A stretch of DNA of 64,000 nucleotides from the NCBI GenBank assembly GCA_020184695.1, contig JAANOX010000030.1:133296-197295 (forward strand). Direction: 5' to 3'. The notes beneath the pieces are model-generated. The model saw nothing but the letters and a program-made list of their open reading frames with translations. It was not told where the DNA came from and searched no databases. The DNA comes from Histomonas meleagridis 2922-C6/04-290x (taxonomy: Eukaryota > Protista > Parabasalia). This document shows, in pieces, positions 43,735 to 56,435 of this stretch (its first letter is position 1; every line of letters starts with the position of its first letter). Position numbers and translations under genes: made by a program.

Positions 43735-44190
43735 TTATTGATGTGTTGTTTTATTTAATCTATATCTCAAAAAACGAAGTTCGACAAGTCTTTGAAGCGC
43801 GCTACTTTGTGAACCTGGTGGAATAGAACGCGGAAGTGATGACGCTAGAATTTCAAACTTTTGTGCTAATAAATCTGCTGCTTTATAAATTGTATGTGTT
43901 TGATGATTGTATTGTTTGGCGTTAATCCAAATTTGACGCATGTCTTGAATAAACTCTTCTGGTGTATTATAAAGTTTCTTATCAAGTTTATCTTGAACGA
44001 CAAATATAGACATCGGTGTAAGAATAATTTCATAATAATTAGGTGCACCGTCAAGTTCTGGATCAACTGGTTTAAAAAAATAAAATGAATTATCTGAATT
44101 CATGATTTGTTGAACTATATCTTGACATGTCCGATAAAATTGTTCTCGATAAATACTTTCTCTTGTTATTGCTGGTTCTTCTGTTTCCAT
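43735..44190 (-). CDS. Single bromodomain protein
   Basis: FFKPVDP...APNYYEIILTPM...KL...Y...EEF..DMRQIWINAKQYN with the conserved acetyl-lysine-binding Asn. Confidence 0.92.
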   Translation of the reverse strand: METEEPAITRESIYREQFYRTCQDIVQQIMNSDNSFYFFKPVDPELDGAPNYYEIILTPMSIFVVQDKLDKKLYNTPEEFIQDMRQIWINAKQYNHQTHTIYKAADLLAQKFEILASSLPRSIPPGSQSSALQRLVELRFLRYRLNKTTHQ

Positions 44191-44575
44191 TTTTTGTCGT
44201 TTAAAATTACTGTCAATTATTTAACTGATGCTGTGAAATCATTATTCTTTTCATTTTTAACTTCTAAAAATACTTGGGAATCATTAATATATTCTATATA
44301 TTATTACCTCGTTCGAAATAACTATTTTCGTTAAAGTATCAAGACACATCATATGATAAAAATAAACATTTATATAAGTAATTGATTAATCAGAATATTT
44401 GCAAATATTTGGAGAACACCAAATAATAACTAACATTAGATATTTGTTAAGTTGTTAAAAGCATATTCTTGAGAATCTAATTGATTCATATTTTTTTAAT
44501 TCTTGGCTAACTTAACTGAATATTTTTGTCAAAATTTTTCACAGGTATTGTGAATTTTTTTAGTTCACCAATCAC

Positions 44576-45364
44576 ATGAAATACAAACATCCCAATGAAT
44601 GCACAACAGTTGACATAATAAGCAGCGATATTTTTCATGAAAATGAGATAATTCAACATATTAAAGAAAGTACTAATCAAATAATAAATTTTTTTCATCC
44701 ACAAGGCCCAATTTTGTTCCAATCATCATTAATTTAATTGACAAATTCCCAAAATTTTTTGATCATATTTATAATAATCAATTTTTACTCCAAATATTTC
44801 ATTACGAATCAGTAACATATTATGCAAAACCTGACCTAAAACTCGAGAATTTTATCCATCTCATTCTATATTATTACATTAAATACAAAATCGATGAAAT
44901 TGATGATGAATCAATTTCACATATTATTGAAATTTGCTTTAAGCATTATGTTGAAATTGAAGATATCGACATACAACTTAGTATTCTTACCACATTACAT
45001 CCTTTTTGTTAACAAAAATGCGATCATATTAAATATGCCAAAAATCAATATATTTCTAAGAGACATGTGCAAACGTTTGATTGGTTGCACAAGTTATATT
45101 CTGATCGAAAAGTCATTAGATATAATCGAAGAACTTATTCCAAGCCAATTATATTTGTTTGACATTGAACAATTGTTTTCATCACTTCAGCAGCCACTTG
45201 TTAAAACTTATGGGCAATTAGAATACAATAATACAATTAGAACGATTACCATATTACGAAACATTTTAAGTGTTAACGAAGAGTATATGGATGTTCTTTA
45301 TAAGCTTGGAAATATCGCGCAAATCATTAGCCGGAAATTTGATGATTTTCAAAAAAAAAATTGA
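44576..45364 (+). pseudogene. Degenerate helical-repeat gene remnant
   Basis: Protein-like stretches in alternating frames, interrupted by stops. Family not recognised. Confidence 0.35.
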
Positions 45365-45550
45365 CCTGCACCACCTGCAGCATGTTGATAAGCATTTTGC
45401 ACAATTGACATTAATTTATTTTCAAGTTCTTTTTGTTTAGCTTCAATAGTAGCAACATCTGCATTCTGATTAGAATCAATCCAAGCTAAAGTATCATTAA
45501 TTTCCTTATTAATTGTATCTGCTTGTGAAAGTGCATTAGCAAATTCATAT
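45361..45550 (-). pseudogene. HSP70 C-terminal lid fragment
   Basis: INKEINDTLAWIDSNQNADVATIEAKQKELENKLMSIVQNAYQHAAGGAG matches the HSP70 alpha-lid. No ATPase or substrate-binding domain and no EEVD. Confidence 0.8.
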
Positions 45551-46973
45551 TGTAAAATATTTCTTTTCGATCTGTATTGTAGCTTATCATTTGAATGCCA
45601 AAATCTTCGCCTCCTAAACACATATCATCTACTGTTGTACAAACTTCAAATATAAATTGTATTTAACATCAAATGAAATCTTAGTTAAGGCAGTATCTAT
45701 TTTGTTCATGCTTGTATTTTTTCCCCTCGTTTTTAGTGTTTTCTCTTCTTTTTATTATTCTCTCATCCAAATTTTAGTCCATTTAAATGGGCATGAAGTT
45801 TTTTAGATTCTCCTTAATTTCTTCTTTCTTTTTGTCTTCTTTCTTTTTGACAATTCGTTTCTTGGGATATTTTTCGATTGGATTTCAAATGGTCGAAATA
45901 ACCGTGAAATCTACGGTTATTTTCAGGTATCAAAAATCTGTTTTTCGAAAAGTGGAAATAACATCATGGATTCTAATCTAATTATGTTATAAATCATAAA
46001 TAATTGTATATACTTAAAATACAAAAAGGTTATAGAACAGACCAAATTTATCTTTCTTTAAATTTAAAATATTTGCATTCTAAAAAAGTGAAGTGAAACC
46101 ATGTTGTCACAAATCATTATATCTTTGATTTAAATTGATATAGTTATTATATAATAATAAACATATAGTATAATGAAAATATATTATATATATGTTTCAT
46201 GAATATTCATATAAATATGGATATTTTTATTTTATATGAAAAAAGTGGTTGAAAGGAATTCAGATGTCATTCAAATCATAGCATTTTTTGGTAAAAATAA
46301 GTAAAAAATATTACTTGCATTCAATATCTTTAATATTAATTTTCTAATATTATGTGATGAAAATATTCTTATAATTGGATATCATAAATAACAATAACAA
46401 TTAAATCTTAATATGAGGATAATATTATCGAGATACTTCTATTTAATACTCATTAATTATCTGGTCGGACTACACCCTTAATTCAATATTGATCTTTTAT
46501 TTCATTAAAGAAACAAAAATATCGAAAGATTGTAAATAGACATTTCATTCATATTAGACTCATTTGTTCATTATAAAATAGAGAGAAATCTAATAAAAAA
46601 ATAGATTTAAATTCCCACAATTTGGAGAGTTTTTCGATTTGAATAATTAAGAACTTCCTTTAGCCAAATAACCGCAATTTCCTGTGAATTTTTCGCAATT
46701 TTAACATAACCCTCTATTTTTTTTAAATTTTGATACTCCTAAGCAAGTAAACGCTTATTCTAACATCAAGTATTCGCAAAATACATTAATAATCATAGGC
46801 TGAAAACAAGTTTTTTAAATTAATATAGCATATGCTTTTTAGTCTCTTTTAATTATGGATGATAATTTTTTCCCCTTTTTAGACATAGGATAATGTAAAA
46901 AACTATTTATCCCTTTATTTTATTAGTAAGAAGTTTACCTTTTGATATAACTTGTTTATTTACAAATAATTTC

Positions 46974-48520
46974 TTGAATTATTTTTATAATATTGATCTT
47001 TCATTAAGACAAATATATAAAGAAATGAAAGAAGATCAAAAGAATATAGCAGTCGATGCAAGAACTTCACTTTATTTCTTTTTAACAACTCTTTTACAAA
47101 TTCCTTCATTACCTTTTAAAATAGTTAAAATGAAAGAAATAGCAGATGAAATTTAAAGTTCAGAGGAGAATTTAAAGATGTCAATGATTTCCATTACTAT
47201 GCCTGATATAGTTAAAAAGGAAGAAAATATGCACCATGCCTAACAAGAAATAGTGAAGGTTTCCAATGTAGATTATGCCGAAGATTGGATTTACTCTAGG
47301 AAAGTTCAAAAATAATTTATTCACAATTGCAATTTTGACATTATTAATAACACCAATTTGCACGTAAACTCTCACGTGAAGAATTTTTTGGAACTCCTTC
47401 TTGAATCAAAATCAATGGCTTATCATTTCCCTTTATTTCTGAGCAAGCAAAAAATGTTTAAAATGTATAATTATTATACCTTTTCTATGCCATAAAATTC
47501 AAAACACATTACAGATGGCAATCAAAAGAGATGTTGCTTTAAATAAAATTATCGTATAAATTCATTTCATATCAAAGGAGTGCTTAAATCATATCCAGGA
47601 TATTGGTGCAATATGCCCATCACATTTGAGCACGAGATGAATTTATCACATGATATCATCAATTTCATAATTAGACGCAAAAATGTTCTCTCAAAATATG
47701 TAGAAATATCAATGGATATTAAAAAATTATAACAATCTTTAAGAATATTTAAAGCACTCAACAATATTTTTAAAGATCCCCAAACATCAATCGGAAGAGC
47801 GCATACCATTTTAATGCATGCATTGTTAGCTCTTGAAGAACTATCAGAAACTAATCAATTTACCAAAACGTTCAGGAATGCATTAGCCAAATATATTATT
47901 GAATCCGAAGAAATCTCTGGTATTTTGGACACATTATACATACTAACTCCTGAAGGACACGAACGTTTCTAAAAAAACTTATCAACCGAAATGAACCAGA
48001 AAATAAAATTGTAGTTATCAAAGATTTTTATGTGAATAAGAAACCAGATGAAGATGAACTGGATGAAGATATTCAAAACCTGACACAAGAAAGAATTTCT
48101 TCCATCCTTGAGTGCTTTAATCAGGATGATGAAGAAAACAATGATTTAAGTGATGAGTTCAAAGAAACAACAATAATAAGTCCTGAAGAACTTCAAGAAG
48201 AAATTACTGTTGATTTTGCCAATGACATATTCAAAAATATTTATCTTTTTATCAAAAAATGGGCATGCAATTGTATTTTTGATAGTATTGAAAGAAGTGA
48301 ATTCTTTTCTTCTTTTAGTTCCTATATAACAAGTTCGATGAAGCAACAAGTTAAAATTAATAATTATTGACATTTTAATTGGTTAATTGACAGAACTAAC
48401 AAAAAGCCGAAGTCCTAAGCAATTTGACTTTAAGACCTGAAAGCTGTGGTTGCTACAAAGCTGCATACCAAAGGATAATATCGTTACAAAGATTAAATTT
48501 AACTTCTTGGTGATGATTCA
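46974..48520 (+). pseudogene. Possible highly decayed hAT-like transposase
   Basis: In the expected order but across several frames with stops: IAVDARTSLYFFL, LRIFKALNNIFKDPQTSIGRAHTILMHALLALEEL, LYILTPEG, an acidic stretch and AEVLSNL...AYQRIISLQRLNL. Resemblance only. Confidence 0.35.
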
Positions 48521-48756
48521 AACATAGTTTTACTTGACGCATTGATGAGAAGTTAAAAATTATTTAAAATAAATTTTTGTCTAAATCTGAATGTATATAT
48601 GCGTGCTTCAGTTCATGAAAGAGAAATGAAAGTCTGGTGAAACCGAATTTCATGTTGAATTTTTCTAAGGGAAACGATTATTTTCTACTCAAAACTATTG
48701 GTTGATTTTATTATTTGAAAAGGACTTCAGCATGAGAAAACAATCATCACAAATCC

Positions 48757-48960
48757 TTAATATGTGACTTTGGTTCATGCATGAATGCAAGCAATGGAGA
48801 AGCACATCCCTTAAAAGTTGGATCACTTTATTATCGAGCATCAGAACTTCATTTTGGCGACGGTTTTATACATTTTCAATTGATATTTGTTCTGTCGGTT
48901 GTGAGATGATTTTTGCAGAAATTTTGAATGGAAAACCGTTATTTTCGGCAAAAATTCTTT
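48757..48960 (+). pseudogene. CMGC (GSK3-like) protein kinase fragment, subdomains VII-IX
   Basis: LICDFGS...GSLYYRASELHFG, then a frameshift to YTFSIDICSVGC..AEILNGKPLFS. Confidence 0.75.
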
Positions 48961-49005
48961 CAGTAAAAATATTTTGTCAACAAGTACAATGATATCGAGT
49001 TGATG

Positions 49006-49010
<5 letters not shown>

Positions 49011-49046
<36 letters not shown>
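49011..49046. repeat. (AT)18 microsatellite
   Basis: Perfect AT dinucleotide run. Confidence 0.95.
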
Positions 49047-49048
<2 letters not shown>

Positions 49049-49898
49049 CCTCCTTGGTTACCAAAGTTAACCATGGTTGAATTTTTTCTAGGAAAATCGA
49101 ATGATTATTATAAATATTTATTAGCAGTTTATCAATTATCATTTTTTTTAATTATCAAGAACTTTTACACAAAAAGAAATTCAAAATCTATTGAAGATGG
49201 TCATGTTTCTACAAATTTAGAAAAAAGACCACTTTATATGTTATCAGAAAATCAATTTAATAAGCCTATTCATCTACATTATTTATTGATTTATCCTGTT
49301 ATTTCCAACAATTACCAAATTTATTACATATTTTTAGAAGTGAATATCCATTAGAATGTGTAAGATCATTATTTAAAAACTTTGATAAATTTAAAAATAG
49401 TTTATTATTATTAGAATCAGTATAACATTTATTTGTCTCTAAAATTGATTCCATTTTTGAATTAGCAGCTTTATTATTACCAACAGGAGATTCTAAAATA
49501 TTAACATTGGAATTATATCATAATTTTTTTTGAATATTATAAATATTCTTCTGATCAAAAATATGTATTTGATCATGTATTAATGAATTTTGATATTTTG
49601 ATTCGTTCATCAAATGATGAATTTTTAAAAATATTAAATCATTGGTCTGAAGAAATGGTTTGATGAAAAAAAAGTTTTTTTAAGAGATAGTTTTATATAC
49701 AATGTGAATATAGCATTCATCATTTTATTATTAATTACAATGCTTTAATATTTTTATTGTATACTTCAACACTTTTGTAAGAACTTTGATAATTGATGAT
49801 GTCTCAAAATAAAAATTCTGCAAAAATAATAAATATATTCTATAATGAACCAAAATAAATTAAATTCATGACCCATTTATTTTTTTCTGAAATAGATT

Positions 49899-50981
49899 TT
49901 ATTGCAGATCTCGATAAATTTTACTTAAAAATTGGGATCGGAAATTAATATCATTTTTAAGATTTGCATTATTAGAAATCTCTTCTCCCCATCTTATAGA
50001 AATTCTTATCAAAAGGTCTGTAATGGATTCTTTAAATCTATGAAGATATTGTACATCACTTGCCACCCTATATATAAAATGGATTTCATCTTCTGAGTCT
50101 GACGATTTTATGAATTCAAAGATCTCCATATCTATACTATTCAAAATTTTATCTCCGATATTTAAGAATTTTCCAGTCAGGTTGCATTGGCTATGTTGTT
50201 ATTGAGTTACTTGTATCAATTTCGTTTGGTTTAGGAAGATCATTGATCAGAAACTCTTTTGACATGACCGTATGTATACATGGAAATTCGATCTTTGTGA
50301 TTTAATAAAGTCCTCTGAGAATATATAAATGGCCTGATAAAATCATTAAAATGAGAATTTGAATGTAGTTCAAGAACTTTGTCAATTTTTTTATATGGAT
50401 GACTACTTGAAAGATTTATTGTTTCTTCTTTTAATTTCAAAAAAGATGGTAGTGTATACAAAAATAATATTGAATTTTTAAATTTAAAATCTCTGATTCT
50501 TTCTCTCCTTATAGAAACAAATGGACAAGTTGAATGAAAATATAGTTTTGAGTATATTATAATTATAAAGTTGAATTTTAAAAATTGTTTTTGTTTGGTA
50601 ATATATCGCATGAATACAATTTTTTTGGAGATCATTATTTCGGTACCTTGGAATAAATACATCAAGTTCTTGCGGAATTTTTCTTAGAAAAGCAAATAAG
50701 TTCTCAAATTTAATCTGATCATCTCCATTAAAAAAAATTTCTTTTGCTTTGAATAACTCTTCTTTTGGGGTGTTTCCTGTTAAAAAGTATAAATTACTAA
50801 TTTCATCGGTTTTAACAATCACAAAGTTTTTCATAATAATTTCTAAAATGTCATTATTAAAAAAAATGCCAACTTTAAGTTGAACCCATGCTTTAGAATT
50901 TATCCGATAAAAAAGTGTCATATTCCCAAAAAACGCCCAAGAACGATCATAACCGTTGTCTTTGAATCCATAAATGGTCAT
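49899..50981 (-). pseudogene. Frameshifted gene remnant of unknown family
   Basis: Three adjacent same-strand ORF pieces (50484-50981, 50240-50665, 49899-50144) with protein-like composition. Confidence 0.35.
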
Positions 50982-51349
50982 TTAACATTTAATAAACAAT
51001 TGAATATCAAACTGTTATGTTTTTTAAAAAAATAAAAAATATCTTGCTTAATTTACATTTTTTCAAATTTAAGCATACCAAAATTCTTACATATATATAT
51101 ATGGAATGCAAGAATTGGGAATAGTTTTTGGTTAAAAGTTTCATGGAAAAAAGGGAAATATTTAAAATCTCTTCCTGAAAGTATAAGCAGGTAACCCAGA
51201 AATTGTTCAATTTATTATTGAGCATAAAGATGTTAGAGTATTTTATCTGGAATAATTTTAAAGAAGGAATTAAAAGGTCATGTTTATTTTCATGAATTAA
51301 TGTCAAATATTTATTTTTAATGAATCTTTTTCAATATTCTCTAAATTGC

Positions 51350-51470
51350 ACTTGCTGGAGCAATAGAAGGTGATCAAGTTGATGTTGTGAAATTTATTGT
51401 TCTGATACTTTTGTTTGATAAAGCACTCATATGGGCTTCGCAAAATGGTTACACTGGAATGTTCGAATTT
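51350..51470 (+). pseudogene. Ankyrin repeat fragment
   Basis: LAGAIEGDQVDVVKFIV and KALIWASQNGYTGMFEFF. Confidence 0.55.
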
Positions 51471-52511
51471 TTTAGGTCAAGTACTTCAATTTGCCCTCCA
51501 CATTCGACAAATTTATGTTTAATAATATTTCCGACCATAAACGCGCTCTGGAAGGATAGCATCATTCCAACGCATCGTTGTCCCGGGGCTTTCAAGGAAT
51601 CATTTGAAAGTTGAGTCCGTCCAAGATTAGCGTTTTGAATTTAGTCCTTGGAAGTGAATTGCTGAAGCTGAAGAACTCCATTAACTTTGCAGTAGCTCTT
51701 CGGGATGAGTGTCTTTTTGGTTCTAGTTGGGATTTGAGCGTCTCGATATCACGTTGACCATTTCCGATTATTCTTTTGAACCGTTTTCCAAACCTCCTCA
51801 TTTTGGTACTAGCATTTGACTATATACGGTTATTCAATGCGCTAAAGTTCAACCCAAAAAGGGTGGAACAACGATAGAAAATTTATTTTATGAAAAAATA
51901 AAGTATTGAAATGAATTTGAATGTTGTCAAAAAATATAATCATTGAAAATTATCATGACAGCTCTAAATTTCAAGGATATTTTTCATAAAACATAGTATA
52001 TAACAACACAAGCACCTTCACAATTGTTTTTCAAGGTAGGTCATAAAACATTATAAAGGAATTAAAATCGCACTCACCGTCCTCATATCTCAATTTTGTT
52101 TCAATATTACAAACCAGATTATTTAAAGAGTACCCACACTGCGGCGGCAATCTTTACTGTGCGCCAGCTTCCACACCCAAGGTTTCGTTGAAAAGGGAAA
52201 ATATTATTTGAATAATTATTAATCGATTAATCGATGAAAACTCATTATTTCGTCTCAGCTTTGTTCAGTTCCTTAAAAGATTACAAAAAATAAAGGGTAC
52301 CAAAACCTCAATAATTATTCATCAATAAAAAAAAATGCACTTCATATTTTTTTATATCACAAGTCTGAGAATCTATTCAATCGTCATTCAGGCGGTTGGA
52401 ACGAAATTGAATACCTTTTATCAAAATTCAAAAAGCTTGTTTCAATCCATGTGGGCTTTATAAAGTTGTGGTCTCTGTAATAAAAGTGCAATCATTTGAC
52501 AGATATTTGTA

Positions 52512-52518
52512 TCACTTT
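52512..52518 (+). promoter_or_regulatory. Initiator (Inr)-like core promoter TCACTTT
   Basis: Matches the TCAYT core of the Trichomonas Inr and ends 5 nt upstream of the ATG at 52524. Confidence 0.5.
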
Positions 52519-52523
52519 GAATT

Positions 52524-54806
52524 ATGCTCTTCTTTTTTCTTTTCCAACTTATCCGTTGTGAAGAAAATGCGAATCCATTCGTAGAACCTCTGCATTATGT
52601 TTCTCAATTTGATAATAACATTGAAACTTATTCCATGTGTCTTAATGATAAGGATTTTGGATATGAAGCTTGGAGTTTTCGTTCACCATCTCATTCCTCA
52701 CGAAGTGCAGACAATAAAACCGCCACAGTACAACCAGGAACCAATGCGGACATATCACCCTTATATTTTCGCTATTTAGTACAAGTACCAGCAAACAAAC
52801 TATGGACCCATATCGAAGTTCAGTGTCCTGCACCATACGAACAATCTGAAATGGAACAAGCACAATGTTTCATTACATATAATCAAGAAACTCCAAATGG
52901 TCGTGTTCAATCCAACCGCGCGTCCTCCCCTCTTGGTCAAACCAAACGTATGCGTCTTGAACGTCTTCTTAATTCTACATCTACCATAGCTCTTCATCTT
53001 ATTAATAATCATCCTTCAAAACCCTTTATTTTCTCACCGCCAAAGATTTATTTCTTTAGTTATCCAGCCCATTCTTTTGAAATCACCAAAACAAAAGATC
53101 ATAACGTCCAAAAATTCACTGCAACAATTGATGCAATCAATCAAACAATTGAACTTAATACCATGATTCTTAACGCATCCTTTGTTCCTATTGATATCAT
53201 GACCGAATATGTTTATTCTCCATTACCAATCATAGCCAATGGAACTCATATCATTGGCTTTGATATTTATGATGAACGATTTACACATCCATGGCGAAAT
53301 AATGGTGAATTCTTTACAATGAAAATCAGACCTCATCAAACCTTTACTCTTTCTATTTATCTCGTTGAACATAAATCTTCGAATTATTACGCCGCATTAG
53401 ATCATTGGTATTCTCTTTTTCCAGAGATTTATTATGAACAAAAATATGGGATTGGAACATGGGTTGCATTTATGACTCAAGAACGTTATAATCATTCCGG
53501 GTTAACCACTGATTTCATGGGCAAATATTATTGGAATAATCATGGACAAAAAGGGAATTATAAAGAATTTTATTATGTTGAACAACTTTATACCTTTTTT
53601 AATGATATCCAATATGACCAAGATCCAGTAATTTTAGAAAATCGATTAAAAGAATGTTCCTTAAATTCATCAGTTACTGAAGAAAGTTCATATTCAGAAA
53701 AGAAAAGGAAAAAAGAATGTGAACTTGTAGTTAAATATGGTTTACGAGGACCTGATGGGAACTTTAATTGTATTGTAGATCGTACTACTACATTTGCTAT
53801 ATTAAGTTATCTTTCTGAAGAAATGTTTGAATATAAATTTCATGATGCATTTGAAGCAATTCAAAATGGCCTTTCTATTGGAATTGGTTTCGATTCACTT
53901 TGGGAAGATCGTTGGAACCTTTATAATACTGATTATTATACCTCTAATAATATTTATCCATTTTTATGTGTTGATGATGATAATAATAATTTTATTCCAT
54001 CAATTATGTTTACTGATGATTCTGTACGAAAAGCAGGGTTTAAAGATAATATGGCAAATTCCGGAATTATTTCTCCACAAATTGTTAAATATATGCAAAC
54101 TTTTGGTTCCGAAATTGCTACAAATAAAGATAATGGAAATGTAATACTTTCAACTTGGGAATGGAAATATTGGTATATTAGAAGATATTTATGTGGTTCA
54201 AGACCAATGTCAAATGTAGAAAATGTTGATATGGAAAGAGCAAGTAAAGCTGCAGAAAGTTATTTTTCACTTTCTGCTCTTTTTGGTATAATTCCTTCTT
54301 ATTATCATGATAATAGTGGAATTCATTTTTGGAATAATGATGAATATATGGAAAAATTAAGACCTGTTTATAAGAAATGGAATTCGATTTTTTATGAGGT
54401 TTTTGAGAATGCTATTTTATATGCAAATAGAAAAGGTATGATAAAAGAAACTAAGGCTAATGTAACAATGTGGTGTAAAAATGATGATGATGATTGTTAT
54501 TTGGTGGCTTTAGTTGGTGATGAAGGTGAAATTAGTTTTGAGTTGGTTGAGGGAAATGTAGAATGTATTTTTAAGGCTGATGATGTTGATGTGGAAATAG
54601 ATGATAAGAAAATTACTTTAAAGTCTAATAAGAGTTATAGAGCTGCTTTCTTTAAATTCAAAAAGGGGTTAAGTGGTGGTGAAATTGCTGCAATTGTAAT
54701 TGTGGTGTTGGTTGTAGTAGCTGCTGCTATTGGTGGTTATGTTTATTTCTTTGTTTTGAAAAAGAAAAATGTAGATGAAGAAATTGTATTGGATAAAGCA
54801 CTTTAA
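52524..54806 (+). CDS. Type I membrane surface/lysosomal protein with a putative glycoside-hydrolase-like ectodomain
   Basis: Signal peptide MLFFFLFQLIRC, ~700-aa aromatic-rich ectodomain, TM GLSGGEIAAIVIVVLVVVAAAIGGYVYFFV and a short tail ending DEEIVLDKAL. The catalytic family is inference. Confidence 0.8.
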   Translation: MLFFFLFQLIRCEENANPFVEPLHYVSQFDNNIETYSMCLNDKDFGYEAWSFRSPSHSSRSADNKTATVQPGTNADISPLYFRYLVQVPANKLWTHIEVQCPAPYEQSEMEQAQCFITYNQETPNGRVQSNRASSPLGQTKRMRLERLLNSTSTIALHLINNHPSKPFIFSPPKIYFFSYPAHSFEITKTKDHNVQKFTATIDAINQTIELNTMILNASFVPIDIMTEYVYSPLPIIANGTHIIGFDIYDERFTHPWRNNGEFFTMKIRPHQTFTLSIYLVEHKSSNYYAALDHWYSLFPEIYYEQKYGIGTWVAFMTQERYNHSGLTTDFMGKYYWNNHGQKGNYKEFYYVEQLYTFFNDIQYDQDPVILENRLKECSLNSSVTEESSYSEKKRKKECELVVKYGLRGPDGNFNCIVDRTTTFAILSYLSEEMFEYKFHDAFEAIQNGLSIGIGFDSLWEDRWNLYNTDYYTSNNIYPFLCVDDDNNNFIPSIMFTDDSVRKAGFKDNMANSGIISPQIVKYMQTFGSEIATNKDNGNVILSTWEWKYWYIRRYLCGSRPMSNVENVDMERASKAAESYFSLSALFGIIPSYYHDNSGIHFWNNDEYMEKLRPVYKKWNSIFYEVFENAILYANRKGMIKETKANVTMWCKNDDDDCYLVALVGDEGEISFELVEGNVECIFKADDVDVEIDDKKITLKSNKSYRAAFFKFKKGLSGGEIAAIVIVVLVVVAAAIGGYVYFFVLKKKNVDEEIVLDKAL

Positions 54807-54928
54807 TAAAATTAATGTAATAAGTAAATTGTTAAATAAGTAAAAAGATATTTAATTAAAGTTCAAGATTGTTTAAAGATTGGGTGCGTTTTAAGTTATG
54901 ATAATTTGGATCATTTTTATGATAGTTT

Positions 54929-55520
54929 TTACATTTTATTTAAATGTGATAAATCAACAGTATTAACTTCTGTCTTAAAATGAGCATTATTAACAACTCT
55001 TGGAAAGTTAGTGGAAAAGTAGTTGTTTATGCTTAAATATATTACAGATATATTCATTTTATCATTTAAATTTCTAGATGATGATTTACCAATATAAGAT
55101 AATAAATGTAATATTGATGTTGTTAACATATTACCTATACATTTAACCATAATTTCATGTTTATGGTTAACTCCATTATATATGAATATAAAGGTAATTC
55201 TTGATCAAATAATCATGTTAATTGCAATACAATATATAAAGCACTTTATATTGTAAATTCAATAGCACTAATAAACATTATTCTTCCAGCAAAATCTACA
55301 TCTAAACTTACATTACTCTTAGTTAATATTGAATTGAATAATATTATTGAGTATTCATATCTGTATATTCTTAATTAAAAGTATATCTCACCTCATTTCT
55401 ATGTAAACACCTTTTCCAATAACAACTATTGAGCCCTTACTAGTTAAACCAGTTATAATCATTTTTGCATATCTATTTGATGCACCATTTAAATTACAGT
55501 TTATTCTATTATAAACATCT
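54929..55520 (-). pseudogene. Stop-ridden gene remnant whose 5' part abuts the MITE
   Basis: Protein-like frame (DVYNRINCNLNGASNRYAKMIITGLTSKGSIVVIGKG...) with several in-frame stops. Confidence 0.35.
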
Positions 55521-55539
55521 TGATTATATGAAGATATTA

Positions 55540-55985
55540 GGGGAATTTCGAAATATCAATTTATATCGAAATCACAGTTTGATTTCGTAATAACTGCCCT
55601 TATTTCGAAATAAAATCGAATTACGAAAAACCGTTGTAATTTAGGAACGGTTTTTAATTACGAAAAACCGTCTATAAAACGGAACGGTTTGTAATTACGG
55701 AACGGTTTAATTCAAAAATAGTCATTTCGAAATAAGGGCAGTTATTCCAAGCTAGCTTAACTTTACAAATTATGAATTTAAAATTATCAAAGAAAAAGTG
55801 GAATATTTAGAAACAAAAATTTGTATCGAATTTACAAACCGTTCCGTAATTCTGACGGTTTTTCGAAATTGAAAACCGTTCCTAAATTACAACGGTTTTT
55901 CGTAATTTCAACTTATTTCGAAATAAAGGAGTTATACCGAAATTAAACCGTGATTTCGAAATAAATTGATATTTCGAAAATTGCC
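55540..55985. mobile_element. Non-autonomous foldback MITE, ~446 bp with ~155-bp imperfect TIRs
   Basis: Left GGGGAATTTCGAAATATCAATTTAT.. matches the reverse complement of right ..ATAAATTGATATTTCGAAAATTGCC. TATTA flanks both sides (55535-39, 55986-90). Internal AAAACCGTT and TTTCGAAA sub-repeats. No ORF. Confidence 0.85.
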
Positions 55986-56435
55986 TATTATATAATCAAT
56001 AACCTCGTTATACATTTATTTAATATTACATTAAATCCCTTTGCCGATTAAAAATCAAACAAAACCTATCGGAAAAATCCGATATGTTCAATTCCTTTCA
56101 ATTGCGGGCGGTTCCTTCAGCGCATCCTTATATTCTACTTGTAAGTAGGGTATCCGAAAACGGTACTTGTACTTTTTAATCGTTTTTTGTCATAACGTTT
56201 AAACAGGTACAAGTACAAAAAGTGACGCATATGAAAAGTGACATGACACGTGCGAATTCAAAAAGTACAAAAAGTGACATTTATATCTGTTTTATGCGTT
56301 TTTTTCGATACATTTAAGTAATTTATAAATATATTTAAATTATTTTGCATGTATATATGTTGATTCAAATATTATCAGAATACTATTTAAAAATCTATTT
56401 TAAAAGACACAATAATTTCAGATAAAAAAATTTTT

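Noticed and set aside
44429-44439. ACTAACATTAG as a parabasalid intron 3' end
   Set aside because: Branch-to-AG spacing is one base shorter than the usual motif, and there is no convincing 5' splice site or flanking exon frame.
52131-52200. Small GC-rich island, possibly an ncRNA or a kinase fragment (LFKEYPHCGGNLY)
   Set aside because: No convincing fold, and the peptide similarity is too short to support a call.
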